From Leucoraja erinacea (lineage: Eukaryota), in NCBI RefSeq assembly GCF_028641065.1, contig NC_073407.1, positions 2,728,001-2,792,000 of the forward strand: a DNA stretch of 64,000 bases, read 5' to 3'. Both the position numbers and the translations under genes were made by a program. Below, one piece after another: positions 1 to 13,845 of the stretch (its first letter is position 1; each line of letters starts with the position of its first letter). The notes below the pieces were generated by a model. It was not told the DNA's origin. It ran no database searches and worked only from the letters and a program-made list of their open reading frames with translations.

Positions 1-229
1 TCCCAATTTCTCCCTGCATGTCCCACTGACCTAAATATATGGTTGCAGCTTACTCTACATCCTTGATCTCCTTACTTTGCTACCCAGGCATTAATTCAAA
101 CAATAATCAGTGTTCAGAAAACCTGTGTTTATGTGCATCGCAAGTTGTAATCAGTCTGAAATTAAAATAACAGCTTTACAAATAGTGCTGTCATCAATGT
201 GTGTTCGTCAACCAGATATCTTCATGTTA

Positions 230-872
230 AGAAAATCAGGAGGGGAAAAAAGGGGCTGGAGTTGGCTCTTGCAGAACACATTAAGGAAAATCCAAAGAGA
301 TTTATCAGTACATTAATGGAAAGAGGGTAAGCATAGAGAGAATAGGGCCCCTCAGAAACCAAAGCAGTCATCAATCTCTGTGCAGAACAGCAGAAGATGG
401 GCAAAGTCCCTTATGAGTATTTCTCTTTTTCACCATGGAGAAAGACCTGAAAACTGGGGAACATGTCACAGTCAATGGAACTGATTTGATATTAAGGTTG
501 AGGACATGCGGTACATCTTATGGCAGCTAGACAAATCTCCTGGGCCTGATCAGAGATATCCAAGGTCACTGTGGCAAGCTGAATATAAAATTACAGCCAC
601 CCTGGCTGAGATACATGAATCATAGGTAAATATGGATGAAGTGCCAGAAGACTGGAAGGTTGCTCATGTTGTGTCTCTATTTAAGAAGAGATGCAAGGAA
701 AAACCCATGGAGTATAGACCCCTGAGCCTAACATTTGTGGTAGGCAAGTTACTGGAGAGTATTATGAGGGATAAGATTAAAATGCATTTAAATAGACAGA
801 GGCTGATTAGGTATGACCAACATGGTTTTGTATGTGGGAGATCGTGTCTCACAAATGGGTTTTTTGAAGATA
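230..872 (+). mobile_element. CR1/L3-clade LINE ORF2 (reverse transcriptase) fragment, 5' part; interrupted by a MITE at 873
   Basis: ORF 632-910 reads VPEDWKVAHVVSLFKK...YRPLSLTFVVGKLLESIM...QHGF..GRSCLTN, the CR1 RT signature. The frame resumes after the MITE (FED|ITEKVDEG). Confidence 0.9.
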
Positions 873-1869
873 CAGGTGCACAACCTTTTATCCGGTGTTC
901 CGGAAACTGAAAAACTCCGAAAACCGGCCATTTTTTCCAGGATGTCGTCTGCACACCAAAGCTCGCGTTTGGCGTCAAACTTGACCCGAAACGACCCACG
1001 GTCAACCCAGGTCTGTACTACTGTAGCGGCTGCCTCCTCTTAGACACTTAAACATCTGTAAATCATTGCTTAAATGTTAGTCAGTTAGTTTGGAGGGCTT
1101 TTATGTGAGGGGGGGGGGGGGGGGTGAAGGGGTAAACTTTAATTCTTAGTCCCCTACCTGGTCGGAGAGGCGGGGAGCAGTCAATGCCTTACCGGGTCTC
1201 CGCAGCGCTGTGGCCACCAACTCCCAGCTGGGGCTGCGGGCGGCGCCGATTGTAGCTCCGACCCCGGCAACTCTACCCCTGGCTGCGAGGCGCTCCAAAT
1301 CCAGCGCCGCCCGCGGCCGGACGCCCGCCCAATGTTGGGAGTCGGCGGCGTCGCAGCGCTGGGATACCAGCGGGAAGCGGCCAATGCCTTACCGGGTCGC
1401 TGTGCGGTAAGCTCCAGGGCGCTGAGGCCGCCTTCTCCCAACATTCGCTGAGCTGGGGCTGCGGGCGTCCGACCGCGGGCGGCGCTGGATTTGGAGCACC
1501 TCGCAGCCAGGGGTAGAGTTGCCGGGGTCGGAGCTACAAGCGGCGCCGCCCGCGGCCGAACGGAGCCCCCAGCTCCGCGATGTTGGGAGTCGCCGACCAG
1601 GTAGGGGACTAAGAATTAAAGTTTCCCCCTTCACCCACCCACCCCACCACCACCACATAAAATCCCTCCAAACTAACTGACTAACATTTATGCAATGATT
1701 TACAATGATTCCCCGGTCTCCGGGGAGGAGGCAGTCGCTCCAGACTTTTCAAGCCGCCCGCGCTACCTACCTAATCTATGCTAAAAATCTTCCATTCGGA
1801 AATCCGAAAATGTCCGAAATCCGACAAGTGTCAGGTCCCAAGGCTTTCGGATAAAAGGTTGTGCACCTG
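873..1869. mobile_element. Non-autonomous Tc1/mariner (pogo/Tigger-like) DNA transposon with TA TSD
   Basis: 22-bp TIR caggtgcacaaccttttatccg / cggataaaaggttgtgcacctg, TA at 871-872 and 1870-1871. Removing it restores the CR1 reading frame. Confidence 0.92.
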
Positions 1870-3030
1870 TATAACCGAAAAGGTTGATGAGGGCAGAACT
1901 CTGGATGATATCTATATAGATTTCAGAAGGCATTTGAGAAGGTTCCGCATGGCAGGCTGCTCTGGAAGGTTAGATTGCATGGGATTCGGATGAGCTAGCC
2001 AACTGGATAGAAAATTGGCTTAGTGAAAGGAAGCAGATGGTGATGGTGGATAGATGTTTTTCGGACTAGAGGCCTGTGATGAGTGATGTGACTGAAGAAT
2101 CGGTGCAGGGCCCATTGCAGTTTGTGGTTTATATCAACAATTTAGATGTGAATATACAAGGCAGTGTTAGTAAGTTTACAGATGATCATAAAGTGGTGGT
2201 ATTGTAGACAACAAAGATGGCTATCAAAGATGTCATCAGGATCTTGATCAGTTGGGGAAGTGGGTTGAAGAATGGTTAGTGGAATTTAATGCAGAGAAGT
2301 GCATGGTGTTGCATTTTGGGAAGTCAAACCAGGGCAGGACCTTCACAGTGAATAGCAGGGCTGTGGGGGATCTAAGAGGGATCTGGGCGTGCAGGTACAT
2401 ATGTCCTTAAAAATGGCTTCATAGGTAGATAGAGGGGTCAAGAAGGTTTTCAGCACATTGTTCCTCATCAGTCAGGGTACTGAGTATATAAGTTGAGATG
2501 TTATGTCACAGTTGTACAAGACATTTGGAGTATTATGTTCAGTTTTGGTCACCCTGATATAGGAAGGATGTTGTTAAACTGAAAAGAGCGCCTAGAAGAT
2601 GTATGAGGATGATGTTCGGACTTGAGGGCCTGAGCTATAGGGCGAGGTTGGGCAGGCTAGGACTTAATTCCTTACATTGCAGGAGAATGAGATGTGATCT
2701 TACTTCAGTGTATAGGATCATGAGGGTAATAGATGGGGCAGGTGCAGTACCTTTTTTCCCCAAGTAGGAGAATCAAGAATCATAGGTTTAAGATGACGGG
2801 AATGATTTAATAAGATACTGAGAGGTAACTTTTTCACACAGAAGGTGGTGGGTAAATAGAACGAGCTGCCAGAGGATGTAGGTATGGTACGATAACAAGA
2901 TTTATAAGACATTTGGACAGGGACATGGATAGGAAAGGATTAGAGGGAAATGGGCCAAATGCAGGCGGGTAGGTCTAGTGTAGGCAGGGCATCTTGGTCG
3001 GCATGGGCAAGTTTCCATGCTCTATGACTA
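1870..3030 (+). mobile_element. CR1 LINE RT C-terminal part and 3' UTR (degenerate)
   Basis: Continuation of the CR1 with a KFTDD-like motif near 2172, QFWSP near 2540, and a typical tail ending ctctatgact. Confidence 0.85.
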
Positions 3031-3074
3031 ATTGGAAGGCATGTTTAAACAATTATCAAAATATTGCAAGTAAT

Positions 3075-3712
3075 AAGCGAATGTTGGCCTTCATAACGAG
3101 AGGAGTTAAGTATGGGAGCAAAGAGGTCCTTCTGCAGTTGTTCAGGTCCCTAGTAAGACCACACCAGGAGTATTGTGTGCAGTTTTGGTCCCCTAATTTG
3201 AGGAAGGACATTCTTGCTATTGAAGGAGCGCAGTGTAGGTTCACAAGGTTAATCCCCAGGGATGGCGGGACTGTCATATGCTGAGAGAATGGAGCAGTTG
3301 GGCTTGTACACTCTGGAGTTTAGAAGGATGAGAGGGAAACTTATTGAAACATATGATTATTAAGGGTTTCGACACGCTAGAGGCAGGAAACATGTTCCCG
3401 ATGTTTGGGGAGTCCAGAACCAGGGGCCACAGTTTAAGAATAAGGGGTAAGGCATTTAGAACGGAGATGAGGAAACACATTTTCACACAGAGAGTTGTGA
3501 GTCTGTGGAATTCTCTGCCGCAGAGGGCGGTGGCGGCCGGTTCTCTGGATACTTTCAAGAGAGAACTAAAGGCTCTTAAAAAAAAGCGGAGTCAGGGGAT
3601 AGGGGGAGAAGGCAGGAATGGGGTACTGATTGTGGATGGTCAGCCATGATCACATTGAATGGCGGTGCTGGCTCGAAGAGCTGAATGGCCTACTCCTGCA
3701 CCTATTGTCTAT
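3075..3712 (+). mobile_element. 5'-truncated CR1 LINE of a second subfamily
   Basis: LVRPHQEYCVQFWSP...RTRGHSLRI...FTQRVVSLWNSLP, followed by the 3' tail ctactcctgcacctattgtctattg. Confidence 0.9.
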
Positions 3713-4214
3713 TGCTTGCTGAGGTCAGTAAACGTTTCAAGGAGTGGTTTTGTATGTTTGCATAGTTATGGAAAATTAATTGATAGCTTTAGAAACATAA
3801 AAAATCAAGTTGTCAACCTTTTTTGCAATGTGAACTATCGCTTATATCAGCCCCTGTTGGTGGACCTGTTATTGTACAATCTTGTCCCGTAAGGATATTA
3901 GGAACTGCAATAAGACTCCTAATTTGATTTATTGGATTAGACCTAAGTGAATATGTTCAGATCTGCTTACTGTCAAGCTGGCCTAGCAGTACAGAGCAGT
4001 CCAAACTACTTCTAATCATTAGTCACCATTGAATCTGTGGTACCACCAGACGTTGTCAGTAAATTACAAAATACAGTAGATGTCTGAAGGAAGTCTGGCG
4101 TTTCACAGTTTCAGACTTGAATGTTCATCTTCAAAATTATTTTTTGATGCATTCTTTTTGGTAGTTAAATTTAATCCTGAATTTGATTTTAATTTCTGTG
4201 CATTTTTAACAGTG

Positions 4215-4730
4215 CAAGAGTTGTGTTCAGTTCTGGGAAACATGCTATAGGAAAGATGTTGTCAAGCTGGAAAGTGTACAAAGAAGATTTACAAGGATTT
4301 TGCCAGGACTCAAGGGTCTGAGCTATAGGGAGAGGTTGAGTAGGCTGGGACTAGGCATGGAGTGCAGGAGGATGAGGGGTGATCTTGTAGAGGTGTATAA
4401 AATTATGAGAGGAGTAGATTGGGTAGACACACAGTCTCTCTTGCCCAGAGTAGGGGAATCAAAGACCATAGGACATAGGTTTAAAGTGAAGGGGAAAAGA
4501 TTTAATAGGAATCTGAGTGGTAACATTTTTCACAGAGTGTATGGAACAAACTGCCGAAGGAGGTAGTTAAGGCAAGGACTATCGTAACAATTAGACAGAT
4601 ACATGAATAGGACCGGTTTAGAGGGATATGGGCCAAATGCAGGCAGGTGGGACATGTAGATGGGACATGCTGGCCAGTGTGGGCAAGTTGGGCCAAAGGG
4701 CCTGTTTCCATTCTGTATGACTCTGACTCT
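4215..4730 (+). mobile_element. CR1 LINE 3' fragment
   Basis: LSYRERLSRLGL..RRMRGDLVEVYKIM, with tail gggcctgtttcc..tgtatgactctgactct. Confidence 0.88.
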
Positions 4731-4968
4731 AAGAGCTTTAACTCATAATGACCTGTGGCAGCAACTACTGGTAGTGGCCTTCAAGATTCATTATTTTTTA
4801 ATAACACATTTTATTATCCTAGCATTTAGTAAGTGTAGAGACTAGTTATAAACTGTATGCATTGCAGCACATAATATATGGATGTGTAACACGCTGATTT
4901 AGTCATTTTAAATATTTAAAATAACTATACTTTGTATAAATGAATCCATCTATCTCTGGTATTTGTAG

Positions 4969-4997
4969 GGTGTGATGAAATTAATGCAATAGAATAG
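4969..4997 (+). CDS. Candidate short alternative terminal coding exon of an unidentified host gene (GCDEINAIE-stop if phase 1)
   Basis: Acceptor-like tctatctctggtatttgtag|gg, stop TAG at 4995-4997, then a long repeat-free AU-rich stretch with AATAAA (~5255, ~5542). Inference only. Confidence 0.25.
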
Positions 4998-7759
4998 CTT
5001 CTGACTAGTGGACTAGTCAATGATTCAGTTTATATTCAGCATCTTTTCTATGCTGCATTGTGTTAAGTGTTGTGAAATACAGTAGTGCTAACCTTTTTAA
5101 CTATTTTCCACATTGGCTATTTTTGCTTGTCATAATTAAAGTTCATTGTCTTTTTTGTTTCTGCATTTTGTTGAATGCTGTCTTTAAATGAATTTACACT
5201 CCTTTTGACCGTAATTTAATGTGTTATTTATATTTTTAATTCTCATATTATGTGAATAAATGGAAGTTATGGGCACACATGTGATGCATTCTGAATGATG
5301 GAGTGATCTACTCTAATGTAATTAGTTGTCTGGGCTGCTTTAGCTTAATCTCACATTTTTTACTAAAATGCTTTGAGCCAAATTCTGATCTTTGACTTTG
5401 AGTAATCTGTATTGGCATAAGGGTAAAATGCCTGAATATGTTACTGTTATGTATCTTTTTGAGTTCTGCTGTGGTTTAGAGGGTTTGGTATAGCTGGTCA
5501 GTTGTGGAATATGATGATTCAATCATAAATAATGTTTTAAAAATAAATGTTGCGACACGGTGAATTTCAGATCTAATTCTAAATGGCCCCATCTATTTGA
5601 CTTGTTGAAATTAATCAGTGCCAGTCATAAGAATCTTTGTGCTAGATTTCCCGTTGCACCACATTGTACTTTGAATGCAGCAGGTATCGTATGCAGATCA
5701 GAGCTGCTGAAATTTGACATGAGAACATGTCAAGTAATAATGATTTATCAACTATCAATTAGCTCTACATTCTTCATTCTCCTTATTGCTGTTATAATTA
5801 AGAATCAATATTGTGGCCTGTAATGGAATTTAACTGAGCAAATAGTTGAGTTGCTGTAAGTACCTGAGCTGTAGAGAGACATAAAGTGACCAGGAAATTG
5901 ATTAGGAAATTTGGATATTGATCAAAGTTGTTCCAGCCATTGAAGTTTTAAGCAAGCTGCTGAGTGACAAATATATATTTACAGGTAAAATGTATATTCT
6001 GTTTTGAGTTTTATGTTGATTTAAGATACAATATAGGCCTTTTATTTATATTAATTATGCAGTAGCAGCTTGAATACATCAGATTGTGATTTATTCAGAA
6101 ATATAGCTTTTCTAATGGAAGGAGATTTTAGTTGGTGTGGTGTTGCCACATGTAGTTAATTTAAAAAATATTATTTGATACAGAGCAGCATTCATTCCAG
6201 TTTGTGTGACTATTAAAGCAGATTACATGTAACAACTCTAATGTTGAGTAATGACATCCTGTTATGCAAGATGTTCTGGAGGATGGGCATTAATTTCCTC
6301 CTGATATTCCCATATACTACATCCAGAAATGGCAGAGCCAAGAAAAACAATTCATATTGTTTCAGGTGGTAATAACATATAACAATGAATGTTATCATCA
6401 AATGTCCCTTGTATCTGTTCACTATGTAGTTCTGCGGTAATGTGTGTGTGTAAATGTATGGCTTACTAATGTCTGATGTCAAATGTCTCTGCTATTTTCT
6501 GTTTTTTCATTAGGCTAAATCCTAATCTAAAGATCTGAATTCTCCTGAATTCATTAGTAGAAGTGCAATGGATGGGGTTAGATGAGCACAATTCAGTGTT
6601 TTAGGCATGACATTCCTATTCTGAAATGTCACACTGCAAGTGGGTCCCATGCAAAGTCAATTATGTGTTGCACTGGGAATAGATGCTCAGTTCTTTTGTG
6701 CTCAGTTCTCTAGCAATAAGTCCCTTTATTAAAGTAACAGCGCCAGTTTTGGTTTGACAAATGAAATTGTTAACTTAAATATCAATTCATGTCCACCTTT
6801 TCTTATCCCTTATTCCTCTTTTTAAAATGCCATCTTTTTAAAACTATCACTGAGAGCAAAATAGCCCATGTTCAAATGACCATCTTTCCAGAAGAACTTC
6901 AAAAGTCCCCATGTGCTCATTTAAGCTTTCAATTCATTCAGAGGATCAGTTGTCCTTTATGCCATGTTTTCAAATGGTAAAAGCAGGCTTCTGCCATCTT
7001 CTCTCTGAAAATGTTCCATTATTTTAAAACATATGGTAATATGGTTAAGTGGAAAAATCATCGCTTTTCAGCTCCCTGTTGACAAGTTATTGAATTTTCA
7101 TTGCATATGTTCAATAATTTTTTTTCTGAATTCCGAACACCTAAAAGCTGATTATCTGGATATTTTATTTTTTATTGTTTGTGGATTTCCCCAAGAATGA
7201 ATCGACTTCCTTGTTTGCCTTTAAAACCCTTTACAATTAATTAAAATGTGTTATTGCCATGAAAGTAGCTGGTAACAGAATTAGCTTTGTGAAGAAATTC
7301 CTACTTGCATACATTTAAAAGTTACATGTGACGAAATTAGAGACAGTGTCGAATAGTGACACACTTTTGCAAGCTTTTGTAATTTTTGTCTAGTTCTAGT
7401 GCACAAATTTAACTGAACTGGAAAATGTAATTTGAAAGTTTGACCAATTTCTTCCTGTTTCATTCAGCCTAGAAATTCAATTTTGCATTATTTTATGTCT
7501 GCCTTCAATTTAAAGAGGTTCTTCAAACTTCAAATGTGAAAGTACTCTTTGATTTGGCAAGTTTCTAGAGCCATAGGAAAAGACAGAATGACCTGAAGAA
7601 GATGGGAAGTTTAAGTTCTGAGTGGAATGAAATAAGCTTTTTTGGATATGCATGGACTGGAGGGATATGGAATATGCGCAGGTAGATGAGAGAGTCTTGA
7701 TATCATGTTCAGCAAGGTGGGCCGTGAGATATATTTGGTTCTGTGAGATGTAATTAGTC

Positions 7760-8595
7760 ATAGAATCATGGAGTCATCGAGCTATACAGCATGGAATCAG
7801 ACCCTTTGGCCCAATTTGAACAAAGTTGGTCCCACCTGCCTGCACCTAGCCCATATCTCACCAAACTTTTCCTATCCATGATTCATTCGCTCACTTGGTT
7901 AATATCTTTTGGAGTAAGTTCTGCTGTACTCATTTTGTGCAAAACTGGTAAGGGTGAGAACGTGGTAAGTTGTCCGGGGAGTTCATTTATCATAGGGTCA
8001 TGGAGCTGCACAGGATGGAAACAGGCCATTCGCTAATCCTTGTCCATGCTGACCAAGTTGGTACACTGTGCTAGTCCCATTTGCCTCCATTTAGTTCGTA
8101 CCTCTCTAAAATCCTTAATATCTGTCCAAAGGTATTTTAAACGTTGTAATTGTATCCGCTCCTCTGCTAGCCTCCTCTGCTAGCTCATTCCAGATATGAA
8201 CTACCCTTTGAGTGAAAAAATTGTCCCAGAGGTCACTTTTAAATCTCTCCCCTCTTACCTTAAGCCTGTATTCTCTAGTTTTAGAATCCTCCCCTCTGGG
8301 GAAAATGGCAGAGTGTTCACTTTATCCATGTCCTTAGGATCTTTACACCTCAATAAAGACACCCCACAGCCTCCTACGCTCCGAAGATAAAGGCCATTAT
8401 GCAGTTTGGTGTAATATGATTTTGATTGGTCATAAGATCATAAGTGAGAAACAGAACTAGGCCATTTGGCCTATTAATACTATTCCACCATTCAATCATG
8501 ACGGAACTACCTCTCCTCCCTAACCCCATTCTCCTGCCTTCTCCCCATAACCCTTGACACCCGTACTAATCAAGAATCTAACTATCTCTGCCTTG
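7760..8595 (-). mobile_element. Cluster of CR1 3'-end fragments in minus orientation
   Basis: Reverse-complement CR1 tails (tagtcatagaatcatggagtc..., ggaaacaggccattcg..., ccattctcctgccttctcccc). Confidence 0.7.
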
Positions 8596-8969
8596 GGAAC
8601 AAGAGAACTACTTGAAGGTTACATTGGAGAGTAACGAGCAGAAAAAAAATCCTGTTTTGGTTAAAATAGTTTAGTGGAAAATATAACTGTTTCTATGTAA
8701 CCTCCCTGTAATAATCAGATGCCACTGTCTCTTAAAAACGCAGCTGCTACTTTAACTGTGGGTGCTCATTTAAATTGACAAGCAATTATTTTCCTTGACA
8801 CATGTGATGTAATACTTGGTAAAACGATATAACATACAGTAGTTAATCTTTTTAGATGCAGTAAAAAAAACAAACTTGCTGCTATTGAAACAACCATTTT
8901 ATTTTTTTTAATCCTGAAAGAAAAATAACTGTCATTTTGAGTCTGAAACTCTCTAGCCCAATCAGCTTG

Positions 8970-9975
8970 CTGTGTTATAACACAATAAGCCAGTTCGGTA
9001 TTTCAAAAAACGCCAGGAATCATGGGATTTGTCAAAGGTTGTACGCTATAAAGCGCTGCCGAACCACCACCCCCCCCCCCCCCCCCCCCCCGAGTGTTTC
9101 ATCCCGACCCAGGGGGCGTCTGGACCGGTGGGACACCGGCCCCCAGGCCCAGCACGGAGAAGCGCAAACCTCAACTCACCTCCACCTCTCCCGCCGGGTC
9201 AAGGCCCACAGAACCCACAGCTAGCACCAACTCCAGCCCAACCCCGCTACAAATCCAGAGGAACCCGCTCCCCGATGGGCCGCTAAAAGTGCCAGTTCGC
9301 CCATGGCCTCAGCAGCTACCCCAAGTACAAGCCATACCACTGGCTTCTGCCCCCTACGGTACCCGCTGCCACTTCACCCACAACCCCGAGGAAGAGCAAG
9401 GGCCCTAGCCTCATCTGCGCCAGAGCGCCAGTGATCCAGCCTGGGCTCAGTCTCCTCCGGCCCGGCGCTAGACTAGACCGCGCTGCGGGCTGCCTTCAGC
9501 CCCGACTTGCCAGTTGGAGCTGGCCTGTACTCTGGGCTTGGGGTTGGGCAAGGGACGGGGAGGAGTTTGTTGCTGCCGCCAGCACCACCATCGCCAACAG
9601 CACTCGCAACCCGGTGGCTGCCCATCTTCAGCAGGATCTCGGTGTCGGACTGAGGGGAGGGAGGTGGTGGTGGAGGGCTGCCGGGCATAGGCAGAGCCGA
9701 GCTGGAGCCTGCGGCTACAAGACCGGGGCCGCACCGCGAGCCCAGGGCCACCCCAGACACCTCTGGACAGGGACGGGACATCGGGGAGAGGACGGGGACG
9801 GCTCAACAGCAACTCAACAGCACACGCAGCGACGGAGAGCCGACTCCTCCTACGTACGAAACACAAGCCTGCTCACAATGCAGCAGCACCATTGCCAAGA
9901 CTGTTTTACAGCTAGTGACCTATGACTCGGGCATGCGCAGTCGGAATACCAAAACTCGCTTATTTTCTATAATGC
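8970..9975. mobile_element. GC-rich non-autonomous DNA-transposon-like element with imperfect terminal inverted repeats
   Basis: ataacacaataagccagttcggtatttc near 8978 is an imperfect inverse of gaataccaaaactcgcttattttctat near 9945. The interior shares modules with 25005-25250. Confidence 0.5.
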
Positions 9976-12900
9976 AATGTTTCTCAGGATCATAACAAAA
10001 CCATCTGTATGTTACATTCTACTCCTTATAATGATTTCTGCAATAATTTTTGGTGTGGTGCCTTATCAAATGCATTCTATCAAATGCAAAGTAATTTATC
10101 CACAGAACTTCATATTGTGCTATTGCAAAATCTTTTGACTTTATTTGATTAGCTTGAATTTATCCAATTGTTCTGATAAAACATTTATAGTAAACATTAT
10201 TTTTTTCCCTTTGGAGTTAAACCAGACGATCTGTAGTCTCTCGCTTTCTGCCTCCAATCCCTCCTGGGATGTTACTTGTTTTTTCAGCAATGAAATCCTA
10301 GTTTAATTATTCTACCTTCTCCATGTCTTCTTGTTTTCTGTTAATTTTCCAAACTCACTTTCTAGACAGCCAACAACATGAAAGGAGGCTATCTTGTGTA
10401 CGCCAGAAGCTAGTTAGCCTATTACCACCGTCCATTACTTGTAGTCTTGCGGACCACAACTTTTAAGTAAACATCCAGGCATTTATCTTTAACTGTATAT
10501 CTCCCAACCTTTCAAACAGTAAATTTCAAATATCTTACTACCTGGGTGAAAATTCCCTCTTCTCAGCTCCCTCCTATTCCTTCCATGAATCACTTTAATC
10601 TATGTTTTTGGTTTCTCACATCTGCCAAGGGAAATAGATCCTTGATGTTTACTCTTTGCGATTCCCTCATTTTATATATCGATTAAGTGTCTCTGGGCCT
10701 CTTTTCCAAATAAAACCATCCTCTCGTGTCCAATCATTCCTCATACAGGCAGTTTTCGGGTTAGCATGAGGGTGAATAAGCTGTGAAGAGCTGTCAGCTA
10801 ACCTCCCTGATTCTGTGAGTCAGCTCAGTACCCCAGCTCTGCTTGATTTCAGGTCAGCTCCTGAATGCTTGAGGTTCGGGAGGGAAGGTACACGGAAATG
10901 ACCTCTTTCTACCCGAAGCCACTGGCAAATCTATCGCCATCCACCTCCTTGCATCCCAAAGGCTCTTTCATACATGCCGTGTCCATAAGTCTCGAGTTCA
11001 TAATCGGGGGTGAATCTGCAGCTAGAGTTATTCATAGCCCATTGCAGCATGAAATATCTTTAATTGTGTAATGAAATATGAACAGGTTTCTTGGATTTGG
11101 ATCAATGAATGGAGAGAGAACATTTTGGGTTGCAAACAACTATCTTTATTACAACAAAATACATAAAAATCATTATTAACAAAGCACTAAATCTCACGCC
11201 CTTCTGCATGTCAGAGAATCCTATCTGCAATGGGTGACCTGAAGAAAGTCCTGGCATCACTGTCCACAGGTGAAGTTCACCCCAGCTCGCCCGCGGCATG
11301 TACTTGTGTATTTAGTAAGCCTGGGATTCTACCCTCATCTACAAATAAAAGTTAACTTTTTAAAAACTAGCTGTTCTTAGTCAAATTAAAATAGTTATTA
11401 TTAAATTAAGCACTGAACTAGTCTCAAACAAAATTGTCTATCTTGCAGGTGGCCCCATGAATTACTGGTTCTTCTAACTGATCTCAAACATGTTCCCAAA
11501 CACCAAATCAATTTCCTAAGCCAGCTAGCATTTGCTTGACATGCTGCTATTAGCAGACAACTCCATCTTAATTGAAAAGCCTGTGTAATCATTACATTAC
11601 ACATTGTTCTATTCTTGCCCATTTCACAGTTACCCAGTACTCATTGTTTAAGAAAGAACTGCAGATGCTGGAAAAATCGAAGGTAGACAGAAGGGCCTCG
11701 ACCCGAAACATCGCCTATTCCTTCTCTCCAGATGCTGCCTCACAAGCTGAGTTTCTCCAGCTTTTTTTGTCTCCCAGTATTACTCATTATTCATCTTTTA
11801 TCTAATTGATGATTGTATATATAGATTGATATTGCATTAATGGGCCTGTTTCTGGTGCTTAGGCCAATTGACAATTAAACATTCTTGCCTTGACTTACTC
11901 GTATCTGCCATGTCTTGGCTAATAAAAGAAAGCATTCTCTCTGTGTTTTAACTACCCTTTCAGGTTTATTAACGTTAAAAAACCAAGGTACAGTGAAATG
12001 CTGTCCCATCGTTTCAGATAACACTGTACATAAATATAATCAAGCCTATTTCGAGAAGAAGTAGAGCAAAGGGGAGATACTGAGTGCAGAGTATAGTCCT
12101 ATGGACATCTACTCCATGTGCTCTTCCTGTTAAGCATATGAGGCAGTTGACTTCAAGGTTCCTTTATTACTCCTCATTTGCTCTTTACTGAGGATTGTAG
12201 ATCTTCATTAGTAACAGTTCTTTAACCAGCTGTTGGTCATTATGCTCTGCTTTTAACCACTGAAAAAATCTTAGGAAACAATTTGCTACCTTTTGTCTCA
12301 CATACATTTTACCAATCTGCCAAGTGGCTTTCTGTCAAAAGTCTTGCTTAAATTTCTGTGGGGGGTGACAGCAAACACTCTGGCTTCATCAGCTCTCCTT
12401 GTTATCTCCTCAGAAATCTCAATCACATTAAACGGACTGGATTGTAGTTTAATCTATTTCTTTCTCATTCACGGTTTCTATCATTATTAGTTTCAATAAT
12501 TTGCCCATCAGTAAACTCAAATTAACTCGCCTGCACTTATTTTACCTCTGCCAACCTTTTTTGTTTTTCATTTAACCTTTAACATTTCAGTCTTCAAACA
12601 CCACTGCTGTAACCGGAGATGAGTGAAATTATATCAGAATATAATATAATTTAAGTGAATTGTCTCTGATTCAGAGGAAGCTCAGAGAAACACCTGCTGG
12701 TCGTTATTCATGCATTGTCTAAAATTATTAGCTATGATAGTCTGCACTGCTTAACACACCTAATTTACTGAGTTTTAGAGTCAGTCATACAGCACAAAAC
12801 AGGCCCTTCGGCCCAACTCGTCCATGCCAACCTAGACACCCCATCTAAGACTCCCATTTGTCTGCATATGGCTTGTGTCACCTCTAAACCTTTCCTATCC

Positions 12901-13144
12901 ATGTACCTGTACAATTGTCTTTTAAATGCATAGTTATTTAAAAGGAAATTATATTTTTAACCAATTTGTTCATAATTATCTATATTTGTCAAACCTGACT
13001 GGAAATATTTGGATAAAGCTAAGATATATTGTATAATATTAATTAAAAAATGGAATGCAATAGATATTTGGAATAATTTAGCATTGATAGAACAGTGAGA
13101 TTGAAAAATTACAGATTTTGCTTTTTTTAACATTTGTGGCAAGT

Positions 13145-13845
13145 AGAAACAAGGTTCATGTGCACCTCCTCTAACCTCATCTACTGCATCCTCCGGTGTT
13201 CCCGATGTGGCCTTGTTTAGCGACTGTTTCACCGAAGACATACTCTCCTTCTGACAAGCCCTGTGGGATCTCCTAGTAGCTAACTACTTGAACTCCTCAG
13301 CCCATTCCTATACTGACCTTTCTGTCCTGGGCCACCTCCCATTGTCAGAGTGAGGCCACATGCAAACTGGAGGAACACCACCTCATGTTCCATTTGGGTA
13401 GCTTACAACCCAATGGTATGAACATTGAATTTTCAAATTTTAAGTAACCACCACTCTCCATTCTTTTCTCCCCCTCTCTTCCCTGTACCCCACCTGGACC
13501 TGCACCTATTTCTCCCCTTCCCCTTCCATGTTGATTCCTTCCTCTAATTTCACAATTCATAACTCTTCAATCCTTTTGTCTTCAATCTTTTCACTTCTGG
13601 CTGCTTTCCAACCATCTGACTATCAAAAGCTTTCTCGCCTGTATTACATACCAGGCTATGTTCTACGCATCCTCTCTTCCAGCTCTCTCCCCCAGCTCTC
13701 CCTCCCCTCACACATTCAATCTGAAGTAGGGTCCCAACCCAAAACATCACATCCATATTTTTTGGTGATCCTTCCTGACCTGCTGAATTACATCAGCACT
13801 TTTTTTGTAAAGGATGCAGGATCTGCTCTATTATGTACATCTTAC
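13145..13845 (+). mobile_element. Old Penelope-like element 3' fragment (GIY-YIG region plus 3' UTR with hammerhead-like motif)
   Basis: Matches the end of the 37291-39676 element (KLEEHHLMFHLGSLQPNGMNIEFSNF); ctgaagtagggtcccaacccaaaacatc near 13721. Confidence 0.85.

Noticed and set aside
10745-11000. snRNA/7SK-like gene
   Set aside because: No match by eye to known structural RNA motifs on either strand; left unclassified.
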